A DNA stretch of 63,819 nt, the filler included. It is 10 parts of 10 records of this genome, joined end to end, with 100 filler letters (N's around TTAATTAATTAA, not from the genome) between each part and the next. Parts side by side here need not be neighbours in the genome. Positions count along the whole stretch, not along the records: positions 1 to 7,773 come from SRR31147125_77747; positions 7,874 to 13,232 come from SRR31147125_77757; 8 more parts are not named here. One strand, 5' to 3'. Shown here piece by piece: positions 1-9,052 of this stretch (positions are counted from its first letter, which is position 1; each line of letters begins with the position of its first letter). The notes beneath the pieces were generated by a model. That model was given only the letters and a program-made list of their open reading frames with translations. It had not been told where the DNA came from and did no database searches. A program made the translations under genes and the position numbers.

Positions 1-762
1 TTTTGAGAGTTTAAAGTCGGAAGTTATTTCTATTCTCTCAACTTCACTTTTCGCTGATGATGACTCGTTCCTTCGCCTCTTAAAAAAAGAAGTAGAAGGT
101 CTTTCGCTTCTATCTCAATCGGATATTATCTCAGGTCTTCGTCCGTCCGGGCAGCTCATGTCCCGTGACTCACTTGCAGTAACCCAAGGATTGTATACTC
201 CACCCCACTTTCTTGTTTTGGCAAAGGCGATTTCTCTTCGGCATCCTAAAAGTGCATGTGAAAAATTAATCCAAATAGCCCAAAATCTGGATCACATCTT
301 GCCAGAAAAAGCAGAAAATCCAAACAGGCCATGGTAATTGGAACAAATGTATTTATAGGTCACGGACAATCGAAAGAATGGAAAGACCTCAAAGACTTTA
401 TCCAAGATCGTTTGAATTTACCTTGGGATGAATTTAACAGAGTGCCTGTGGCAGGAATAACAAATATTGCCAGGCTATCTGAAATGCTTGATTCCTCTGC
501 AATCGCATTTCTAGTAATGACTGGCGAAGATGAGCAACATGACGGTAAGCTGCATGCGCGAATGAACGTAATTCATGAGGCAGGTCTTTTCCAGGGTCGG
601 CTTGGATTTTCTAAAGCTATTTTATTGCTTGAGAACGGATGCGAAGAATTTAGTAATGTCCAAGGGCTTGGTCAGATTCGTTTCCCCAAAGGAAATATTA
701 AGGCCGCATTTGAAGAAATTAGACAAGTTCTTGAAAGGGAGGGGTTAGTTGAACCGTCCTAG
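1..762 (+). CDS. TIR-like nucleotide-binding domain protein (CAP12/Pycsar-type TIR, PF10137-like); 5' partial, frameshifted near 281-285
   Basis: The C-terminal ORF 331-762 has VFIGHG...WDEFNR...AFLVMTGEDE...ARMNVIHEAGLFQGRLGF. An open frame from base 2 (…MSRDSLAVTQGLYTPPH…) joins it if one base is changed at the A-run near 282. Confidence 0.8.
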
Positions 763-776
763 GACAATAGGGAAAT

Positions 777-866
777 GCCTATTAAGTCAATTCAGGCGAC
801 GGGAAGAGGTGCGGGGGCGTTGACGCGGTAGGTATTTTGGCCCGCACCTGATTTCAGTCGTTAATA
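777..866 (+). mobile_element. degenerate integron attC-like site
   Basis: Starts 15 nt after the TIR stop. GCCTATT (degenerate RYYYAAC), ATTCAGG ... CCTGATT inner boxes, AGGTGCGGG/CCCGCACCT inverted repeat, and GTTAATA end. Confidence 0.55.
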
Positions 867-954
867 TTGCCACATCTAACGTCTGAATATCCTGTTAGCA
901 CCGACATATTACCTTATGTCTGTACATCTCGCCTGCTTATCAGATCTATGTTGA

Positions 955-1296
955 TCAAATGGTGCTTTCAAGGAATGCAGTGAGCCGGAGGCGAAGGAGA
1001 TCAATAATATCAGGAACCATATTGTGCATAGATATCTTAAAGTTCATGATAATAATTTGTGGAGAATCAACCAAGGTGAAGGATTTCAATTTACTAAGTA
1101 CAAGTTAGCGCACTCGATCACCCGTTCAGACTTGGAGCACAAAACCTTAAAGGTCTTAAAACTTGCCAGGTCGTCTTTGATATATTTATCACTCGCTATT
1201 CATATAGGAGAGCAATACCGAAACGAACACAGAGACGGAGAATGTATTATCCCAATGATGTCGATGAGTATTTGGGAAGATGGTTGGAAGAGATAA
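955..1296 (+). pseudogene. C-terminal fragment of an LA2681-like HEPN domain protein
   Basis: In frame upstream of ORF 1024 the sequence reads EPEAKEINNIRNHIVHRYLKVH (RxxxxH HEPN motif), then KTLKVLKLARSSLIYLSLAIH. An in-frame TGA lies at 952-954 and no N-terminus is present. Confidence 0.6.
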
Positions 1297-1489
1297 ATTC
1301 CAACTTTGGTTGCAGGTTATCTGTCAGCCTCAGCTTTTCAACCCGTTATAAACTATTGCCGGGGAGCTAATTGGACCTTATGTAAGAAATGTCGCAATTG
1401 ATTTTCTAGAATTTTTTGCATATAACTAAAAAGTTGTCTGAATAAACCTATTTAAACCAACCTCCATATTCACTTTTAACTCTGAAACA

Positions 1490-2617
1490 ATGCCGGCAAA
1501 AGAGAAGAAAGTAGAGCCGTTAACAGGATTGGACAAACCAACTGTATGGCCAAATGTTAATGCCCGTCTTTTAGGATTAGGTGTTGGTCTACCCGTTAAC
1601 CCTCTAGACAGACTTGCTCTTTTTAGTGCTGATGAGTTTGAAAGGTTTACACTAGAGTGGGCGGATGGCTTTTTAAAAGATCAATTGCCCGATGTTGTTG
1701 ACATCCAGCAACGAGGGGGAGCAGGTGATAAAGGAAGAGATATTATTGTATGGTTCGATGCCCCTGGTAGTCCTTCACGGAAATGGCATCTTTATCAGTG
1801 CAAGAGATACTCAAATGCTCTGGGTGCCGGTAAAGGAATAGCAGAGATAGCAAAAATACTATTTTATAGTTTCAGGGGAGATTTTTCTTTACCAAGTGAA
1901 TATTGGTTCGTCACCCGTAAAGGCGTCACTGGAGATTTTCAAGACCTAATTGACAACCCTTCTAATCTAAAACAATACATCATTGACAATTGGGATACAC
2001 ATTGTGCAAAAAACATAATGTCAGAAAAAGTTGACCTTGATGACGCTCTTCTATCATACATAGAATCCATAGATTTTAAATTTATATCAGTCAAGCAACC
2101 TCAGGATTTAATAACCGAGCATTCCAAGACGAAATACCACCTTACCGTTTTCGGCGCACCTTTGATAAACCGTTCTCCACCGTTAAAACCTCCATCAGAG
2201 GTTGATGAGAGTGAATGTGGATACATCGAGCAGCTTTTCATGGTCATTAAAGAACTCATCGGGATGGATATCAAAAAAGAGTCGGATTTTTCTGCGCACC
2301 ACAAAGCCAAATCATTATATGAGCGCTCTAGGCTAACTTTTTATAGTGCTGAAGGATTGAAAGAATTGGCAAGAGATCAAATGAATAATGCAGATTACTT
2401 TGATCAATTGCTGGGAGAGTTTAATGACGGGCTGTATTACACCTATTCTGGGCGTTATGATACTGGCTACACACGTCTTACCTCAACTGTTAAGGCCGCA
2501 CAAGTACAGCAAGTATCGGGACATGTTTTAGAGCCCCATTTAACAGCAGCTGACCGAGAAGGAATTTGCCACCAATTAGCAAATAATGGTGATATTAAGT
2601 GGTGTAAAGATGAGTAG
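1490..2617 (+). CDS. lmuA: Lamassu/ABC-three-component effector: Mrr-like PD-(D/E)XK nuclease plus ABC-3C C-terminal domain
   Basis: FERF...GGAGDKGRD...YQCKRY nuclease motif and C-terminal DREGICHQLAN...W; first gene of an overlapping three-gene operon ending in an SMC-like ATPase. Confidence 0.8.
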   Translation: MPAKEKKVEPLTGLDKPTVWPNVNARLLGLGVGLPVNPLDRLALFSADEFERFTLEWADGFLKDQLPDVVDIQQRGGAGDKGRDIIVWFDAPGSPSRKWHLYQCKRYSNALGAGKGIAEIAKILFYSFRGDFSLPSEYWFVTRKGVTGDFQDLIDNPSNLKQYIIDNWDTHCAKNIMSEKVDLDDALLSYIESIDFKFISVKQPQDLITEHSKTKYHLTVFGAPLINRSPPLKPPSEVDESECGYIEQLFMVIKELIGMDIKKESDFSAHHKAKSLYERSRLTFYSAEGLKELARDQMNNADYFDQLLGEFNDGLYYTYSGRYDTGYTRLTSTVKAAQVQQVSGHVLEPHLTAADREGICHQLANNGDIKWCKDE

Positions 2618-3131
2618 GTGTAGGAATGATAAGGACAAGCCCAACATGCGCCCTTATTTATTCAATTCGGCAGTGGAGTGTGGGTTTCGCTTACTCTTCA
2701 TCCTCGGATCTTGTGGGACTACTGGAGCCGACTTACAACGTTTAGTCTCATACGATTATCTGCTTGTACATTCTGCTGATGTCCCTAACGGTCCGGACAG
2801 CTTACACCCCTCAGTGCCTTTTCGAGGATCTGAATGGATTATTAAACGTGAATTGGTACAAGAGGGACTTTTGCTGATGATCTCAAGGGAACTAATCTCC
2901 CAAAAAATGACTGCAGCCGGAATTATATACATTGGTACTGAGTTGACTAGAGCTTTTACCAAATTACTAAAATCGCCTTATGCGATTAGTCTGCAAGAGA
3001 GATCTGAATGGCTAATAAGAGAGTTTGGAGCGACCAGTGATGAAGATCTACAGTGTTTTATGACAGAAAGTGTTGGCAAGTGGGGTGCTGAATTTGACAA
3101 TTTATCGACATTACAAAATTTGGAACTTTAA
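2610..3131 (+). CDS. lmuC: ABC-three-component middle component (MC2-like; Lamassu LmuC)
   Basis: FNSAVECGFR...DLQRLVSYDYLLVHSAD...GPDSLHP motif; overlaps both neighbours. The start could alternatively be 2586 or 2646. Confidence 0.75.
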   Translation: MSRCRNDKDKPNMRPYLFNSAVECGFRLLFILGSCGTTGADLQRLVSYDYLLVHSADVPNGPDSLHPSVPFRGSEWIIKRELVQEGLLLMISRELISQKMTAAGIIYIGTELTRAFTKLLKSPYAISLQERSEWLIREFGATSDEDLQCFMTESVGKWGAEFDNLSTLQNLEL

Positions 3132-5025
3132 TGACCTGGATAACTGAAGTCCGACTAACAGGACATCACCAAAAAGATGCATCCATTAAGTTTAAACAAG
3201 GCCCCAATGTTCTATCAGGTGATTCTGACACTGGAAAAAGCTATATTTTAAAGTGTATTGACTACATATTAGGAGCCGATGAAATGACCAAAGTCATTGA
3301 TGAGGCGGCTAACTACGAAGAGGTATGGCTTGAGTTAAAAAATAATAAAAATGATATTCTTACATTAAAACGTCATCTTTCTGGCGGAGACATAGCAGCT
3401 TTTTCAGACCCTATCGACAATATCCTATCAGCTCGTGGTCCTGTCGAAGAACAAAAGGGTTTTGAGATATTTAAACCGAAAAGACAAGGTAGTTCTTCAG
3501 CAAAAGATATAACATCAAGAGTATTGCCTTTTTGGAACATACCTGACGACATTCAGCTTAGGAAAAATGACCAAGGAGAAACACAGCGCTTAACCGTCAG
3601 GACTCTCCTACCTGTGATATTGAAAGATGAGTTTTCGATAATTGAAGAACGTTCTCCTATTATTGGTGACGGTTTCGGGCAAACAGCCAAGAAAAGAATG
3701 TTTTCATATCTATTGACAGGACTTGATGACTCTAATGTAATTACTCAAAAACAACAAAAGGCCGCACAATCTGATACTAAAGCGAAACTATCTCTAATTG
3801 AAGATCTAATTTCCCCAATTGAAAAAAGACTTGGAGATAGATCAACAGAAGCTGAAGAAAGCGACAGTTTAAGACGTCTTGAAGCCACGATTGAAGACTT
3901 GTCCAATGCGCTTTCTCAAAATGAAGAGGAAATCAATCGGTTACAAAATGAGAAAATTGAGCAGTCAGAAATACAGCGGCACGCTAGTTCCCAGATTATT
4001 GCCATCAATGAGCTATTATCAAGATACCAACTTCTAGAAGAAAGGTATCAGTCAGATCTGAACAGACTTGATTTCATATCAGAGGGTTCTCATTACTTTG
4101 GTGGTCTTCAAATAGCCATATGCCCATGCTGTGGACAAGAGATGTCGGAACAACATATTTGCTCAGAAGAGGCTAAAAGTGGACCAATGGATTCTCAATC
4201 CATTTACGAAGCTGCTCGAGCAGAAGCTTCTAAAATTAGAGGCTTACAAAAAGACCTATCATTAGCAATTATTGAATTGGAAGAAAGAAAAGCAAAAAGG
4301 CAAACCGAACAGATCAACTCTTCTGAGAATTTAACAAAGGCAAGCGATCGTTTAGCCAATATCCTAAAACCACTGCACGATAGAACAAGAAGTAACATTG
4401 ATGATTTAGTCAAAAGAAGGGTTGATTTGAATCAGACCGAGTCTGATCGTGAAGAGCTTAAAAAATTAAAAATAATTAGAGACGATTTAGCTGCCAAGCT
4501 TGAATCAACAAATGTCAAACATCGTTGGTCTTCTTTAAATCCAATGGCTGTCACTAAGTTATGCAAGATGATAGAGGGGGTTTTGAAAGAGTGGTCATGG
4601 AGTAGTAAGGTCAGAGTTGAATTCGATGAAACCAACTACGACATAAAAATCGATGGTAAAACAAGACGATCTCATGGTCAAGGATACCGCGCCGTTTACA
4701 ATGCAGCATATTTGCTAGGGTTACAACGCTATTGTAAGGAGTACAATAAACCGCACCCCAAATTCGTTATCCTTGATACACCCCTTAATGCCATGAAACA
4801 AAGGAATGGAGATCGTCAGAGTATTGAAAAAGAGGTCAAGGAACAGATAGACCCACGTATTGAACCATCCTTTTGGAAGAGTATCTCAAATGCTTGCAAT
4901 GAAACTCAAATAATTATAGTTGAAAACAAGGAGCCACCAACGAGCTTGGGGAAAAACTGAACCTACAATTATTTGTAGGGCCCTCAGCTCAACCAGGCGA
5001 ACGGGCAGGCTTCATCCCTGACTAA
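3131..5025 (+). CDS. lmuB: SMC/Rad50-like ABC ATPase (Lamassu LmuB, short type); apparent frameshift near 4950
   Basis: Walker A GDSDTGKS, coiled coils, CPCC zinc hook, SHGQG signature, Walker B VILDTP and IIVEN. The ORF stops at 4960, but a shifted frame continues EKLNLQLFVGPSAQPGERAGFIPD* to 5025. Confidence 0.8.
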
Positions 5026-5145
5026 GCGACGTGTTCTGTGTTATTCAGTATCATATGTCACAACCTAAACAAATAACGGGCACAAAACAAACTACAAATC
5101 TGGGCGCACACATAAGAAGCTATTAGTTTTTTTATTATAATTATA

Positions 5146-5190
5146 TGGCGTCCCCAACCGTATTTGAACCGATGTTGCCGACATGGAAGG
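5146..5190 (-). mobile_element. degenerate 3' half of tRNA-Glu (att-site scar)
   Basis: The reverse complement reads CCTTCCATGTCGGCAACATCGGTTCAAATACGGTTGGGGACGCCA, matching tRNA-Glu from the anticodon arm to CCA. The 5' half is absent. Confidence 0.7.
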
Positions 5191-5231
5191 CTGCCTGAAG
5201 TATTAAGTGAAGCAAGAAAAGTTCAGTAAGA

Positions 5232-5380
5232 TGTGACTACAAATGTGACTATAATTATGCTTCCACATCAGTCGACCTTATGCATGTTGTTGAATTTAAA
5301 TAAATAACAACATCACAATCGACTCCGACCTCCGCACCAATTATGTAAGCGTAATCACTGTTGATAATGGTGGTTGCGCT
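5232..5380 (+). mobile_element. attR-like island end: TGTGACTA direct repeats, tRNA-Leu-like 3' fragment and terminator hairpin
   Basis: TGTGACTA at 5232 and 5244; TCGACTCCGACCTCCGCACCA at 5319-5339; imperfect hairpin 5348-5380 followed by T-rich sequence. Confidence 0.55.
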
Positions 5381-5681
5381 TTTGTTGTTTATGGGCCTCG
5401 TAACAGCGTGAAATGGGCCGAAATCTGCACCATTCTGTTAATCAGCGTGCAATAATGCCCCCTTTATAAGATAAACCAGCGTCCTGTTGGTATGTCGAAT
5501 ATCCATAACAAATCCAATAAGATTGACCAGACAGAACAGGACATCACCGGTGATTTCAGCTGCATAGGCTCAATACCATACTGTATGCGGATTTCTTCAC
5601 ACATCTCCAAAACGTTGGCGGATGCAGGTTGATACAAGTCCACCAATAGGCCTATCGCAGCCCTCGACTTCACACTACTCA

Positions 5682-6131
5682 CTACCTGCTTTTTACTGTC
5701 CTGAACCCGTCTTGCCATACGAGAGCACGATAACACGGGCCGATATCGTCACTGCACTGATAGGGATGGACAGCAAGTAGGATAACCGCCTGCCCGTCAA
5801 AATCGATTACCTTCCACTTGTGGGTAAGAAATTCGTATTCTTTCCCTTCAGCGACAATCCAAAGGTAGGTGCCTCCAGTCCCACCGTACAGGGTCAATGC
5901 AGTCGAGCAGGCAAACTGCGCCCCATCCACGAATTCCTCTGGTATACCATCGCCAGTAATATCATGGAAGGTAACGGCTTTTTCCGTTACCTCGAAGCTG
6001 CCGTTATCGAAACCCTTGCAATCCTGTTTCGCATTTTCAATTATGTCCTTGGCAATGGCTGAAGGTTCGTTGGCAAAAGAGACAAAGGGGGTAAATGTTA
6101 GAAATAAACATAGAACTGCTATGCAACGCAT
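5682..6131 (-). CDS. hypothetical secreted protein
   Basis: 149-aa ORF with a signal peptide (…FVSFA/NE), a DITGDGIPE Ca-binding-like motif, YGGTGG and paired Cys residues. Confidence 0.65.
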   Translation of the reverse strand: MRCIAVLCLFLTFTPFVSFANEPSAIAKDIIENAKQDCKGFDNGSFEVTEKAVTFHDITGDGIPEEFVDGAQFACSTALTLYGGTGGTYLWIVAEGKEYEFLTHKWKVIDFDGQAVILLAVHPYQCSDDIGPCYRALVWQDGFRTVKSR

Positions 6132-6305
6132 TTGAACTCAATTTATATGATTGAAAGTCCAGGCAGGATTTGATTTGCAAAAGGTATTACGACCATACCC
6201 TGCATAGATAATATACAGTCAGAAATGTTATTAACTGGCGGCAAGTCCTGGATGGATCATTTGCTGTCTATACAGTTGTCTGACCTTACTTCGACCGTCG
6301 CTGCC

Positions 6306-7124
6306 TTATGGGCAAGGAGTGCTAACACCAAGCCTACCAGAACCAGATGCGGTTATGGTGCCTAAGCTATCGACTCGTTCCACGCTGATATCAACGAAAG
6401 TCGAAGTAACTTGGTCAAATGTTAAGCGATAGATTTCATTTCTAAACCCTAAATCAATTGATACACCACCGCTTACCGTTCCAGTTCCCGGTGTATAATT
6501 TCCTTCATTATAAGCTACGACATTATCACCGGTAATGGTTACGCAGAAAGTCTCATCACCAGTTAAAGTCGGGTCAGAAGGGTTGCTTAATGAAATTGTC
6601 CCACGATAAGACTGGGACTGCTGAGGCCGATTTGCGCTGGGGTGGTCGGCAGGGGGTATGCCCACAGAGCAGTGTGCGGCACCACTGACCCCTGCAACCG
6701 TGGTTGTTGCACCTACACCAATGATACCCGGTCCACCAATCATGGTAATCTCCTCAGAATAGGTACCATCAGAGGCAGTTGAAGTAGTAACCGTTACGGG
6801 GCCACCACTCCCACCATTGGGGGTAGCTACAATAGTGACCTCCAATCCACCAACGGGCGGAGTGACGAAACCAGCAACCCTGATCACGTCGATCGAGGAG
6901 GACTGATTGCCACTGACCAATTCGGCGGTACACGGATCGCTCAGCGTAATACCACTCACCGCTGCATGGGCTGGTAAAAAGATTTGCTCGATTATCGGTT
7001 TCTCCCACTTTACCGGGAGCATGTTGTAGGCAGCTAAGGCTGATACACCACCAACAATCTGCTTGACCGCTTTACGTCTGCTGACACTTTTGAGTTCTAA
7101 GGGTTTCTTGTTGTCTTTGGTCAT
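6306..7124 (-). CDS. twin-arginine-leader exported protein with WxxPxx...LPAHA motif, followed by beta-rich domains
   Basis: SRRKAVKQIVGGVSALAAYNMLPVKWEKPIIEQIFLPAHA N-terminus; Gly/Thr/Ser-rich body; GAGGAG RBS upstream. Confidence 0.75.
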   Translation of the reverse strand: MTKDNKKPLELKSVSRRKAVKQIVGGVSALAAYNMLPVKWEKPIIEQIFLPAHAAVSGITLSDPCTAELVSGNQSSSIDVIRVAGFVTPPVGGLEVTIVATPNGGSGGPVTVTTSTASDGTYSEEITMIGGPGIIGVGATTTVAGVSGAAHCSVGIPPADHPSANRPQQSQSYRGTISLSNPSDPTLTGDETFCVTITGDNVVAYNEGNYTPGTGTVSGGVSIDLGFRNEIYRLTFDQVTSTFVDISVERVDSLGTITASGSGRLGVSTPCP

Positions 7125-7245
7125 GGCATATCACTCCTCAAAATCAAATTAAATTCTTTGATCACTGGTAATAATTCCTAAAATGATATCAATGATTTTA
7201 GTAAAAATGAACATAAAACTGACAATTTGAGTCGAATCACCTGAT

Positions 7246-7773
7246 TTACTGTGCGATCGAGCGATACATTCGAACCCACCAATAGACATGGCGGGGATGC
7301 TTCCATAATAAACAGAGTAGAAATTGCAGGTTTGAAACTGCCCCGTAATACATCCTCAGCCACCATTTGGAGGTAGGAAGGTCCTACGCAGAATTTCCAG
7401 TAACTTTGTGCCTTCAGCCTTCAATTCCTTCATCCTCTTATGCGGCCAGCCCTGATAAGGTACTGGTGTCAGCTTATTCCCCGGAATCATCCATGACGGT
7501 ACTTTTTCCTTGTCCCATGGTGCGAGATGATGGAGTAGCGGTAGAGCCGTGCACAGCAGAGGGTAATCACTGAGAATCCTTTCCCAGTCAAAGTTTTCAC
7601 CACGGGTTTCGACGAAACCGACAATATCTGCGACATTGATGAGTTTGAAGGACTCGTAAGTCAGAGGTGCTCGCAGCCCGTGCTGGGGTAGAGATAGTGA
7701 AGCATTTCCTCATCTGAAAACGTGGAAGCTGTTTCTGTTTTGTTTCAGCTGGAATTGGAAAATTTCTCAGTTC
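7246..7773 (-). CDS. nucleotidyltransferase family protein (NTP_transf_5-like), C-terminal part, two frameshifts
   Basis: Manual translation gives EEMLHYLY..HGLRAPLTYESFKLINVADIVGFVETRGENFDWERI...PYQGWP...RTFLPP(K)WWLRMYYG...HPRHVYWW. It is absent from the ORF track because of frameshifts near 7685 and 7367. Confidence 0.55.
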
Positions 7774-7873
7774 NNNNNNNNNNNNNNNNNNNNNNNNNNN
7801 NNNNNNNNNNNNNNNNNTTAATTAATTAANNNNNNNNNNNNNNNNNNNNNNNNNNNNNNNNNNNNNNNNNNNN
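7774..7873. other. artificial contig spacer (N-run, TTAATTAATTAA, N-run); same spacer at 13233-13332, 19260-19359, 24758-24857, 30666-30765, 35939-36038, 41275-41374, 48658-48757, 56818-56917
   Basis: Identical 100-nt N blocks contain a six-frame stop linker. Genes are cut at both sides, and composition and gene content change abruptly. Confidence 0.98.
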
Positions 7874-9050
7874 GTGGCAACGCCAATTGGCAAGCCCCGA
7901 GGAACCTAAAACTGTTGGTGGTTTTTATACCCAGAAAGACATAAAAGAAGTAATTGAATATGCCCGCATACGTAACGTAGAGATTATTCCTGAAATTGAT
8001 GTACCGGGACACAGCAAAGCTTTGGTGGCTTCGTACCCGTTTTTATGCTGTGTAGATTCGGCTAACTTCGAAGTGGCCACCGGTGGAAAAGCTCCCGACA
8101 ATGCTCTTTGTGCAGGAAAAGAAACAACCTACGAATTTCTGGATGATATTTTAACAGAAGTGGCTGCGCTTTTTCCATCGGAATACATGCACATTGGCGG
8201 CGACGAGTGCAATAAAAAGAACTGGGCAGCATGCGAACATTGCCAAAGAGTGGTTGAAGAGAATGGCCTGAAAGATATGGAAGAATTACAAAGTCACTTT
8301 ATTCAACGGGTAAACAAACTGGTAACTGCCAAAGGTAAAATAATGATTGGCTGGGATGAAATACTGAACGGAAAAGGAGCTAAAGGCGCTACCATTATGG
8401 CGTGGCGAAGAGGAGCTTTTAAGCCTCATATTGAAGCACCTAAAAATGGTTACCCAACCATTATGACCGATTTCTATCACTCTTACCTTAGTCAGGTTCA
8501 GGGGCCTGCCGAGATAGAACCGGAAGGACCTCGTATGTTTTTACCACTTTCAAAAGTATATGCGTTGCAACCAATTCCTGAAGAATTGTCAGCAGAAGAA
8601 GCTGAAAATGTACTTGGTGTTGAAGCTTGTTTATGGGGCGAATTTACTCCAACAGAAAAACATTGCGAATACATGTTTTATCCGCGAACATTTGCAAATG
8701 CTGAAGTGGCCTGGACAAAAAACAAAGAAAAAAACTGGAACCGTTTTCAAAATGCAGTTGAGATAAATCTGAAAAGACTGGAACGTGATAATGTGAATTA
8801 TTCAAATAGTTTATATAGTGTTTATTTATCGTTTGCACTTAATAAATTGACAAATACGGCGCAGGTTTATTTAAATACCGAAACCACTGGTTATAATATT
8901 TATTACACCACTAATGGCGATGAGCCAACTGCCAAATCAAATAAATATACAGGAGTTTTTACGGCAAAAAACAGAAAAACAATAAAAGCCGGATTGTTTA
9001 ATGAAAAAGGCGAATTATTGGGAAGAATTACGGAATTAAAAATACGATAA
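7874..9050 (+). CDS. GH20 beta-N-acetylhexosaminidase, 5' partial, with C-terminal chitobiase/FN3-like domain
   Basis: GFYTQ..I, IIPEIDVPGH, HIGGDE catalytic motif, GWDEI, LWGEF, YPR; C-terminal IYYTTNGDEPT. Confidence 0.93.
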
Positions 9051-9052
9051 TA

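Noticed and set aside
5464-5736. 90-aa minus-strand ORF after the att scar
   Set aside because: It overlaps the end of the 5682-6131 gene and has no motif or clear RBS.
7818-7829. Repeated TTAATTAATTAA motif as a biological repeat or CRISPR
   Set aside because: It is always embedded in N-runs of fixed length, so it is an artificial six-frame stop linker.
7124-9050. Functional links between genes on either side of spacers
   Set aside because: They are different contigs, probably from different organisms.
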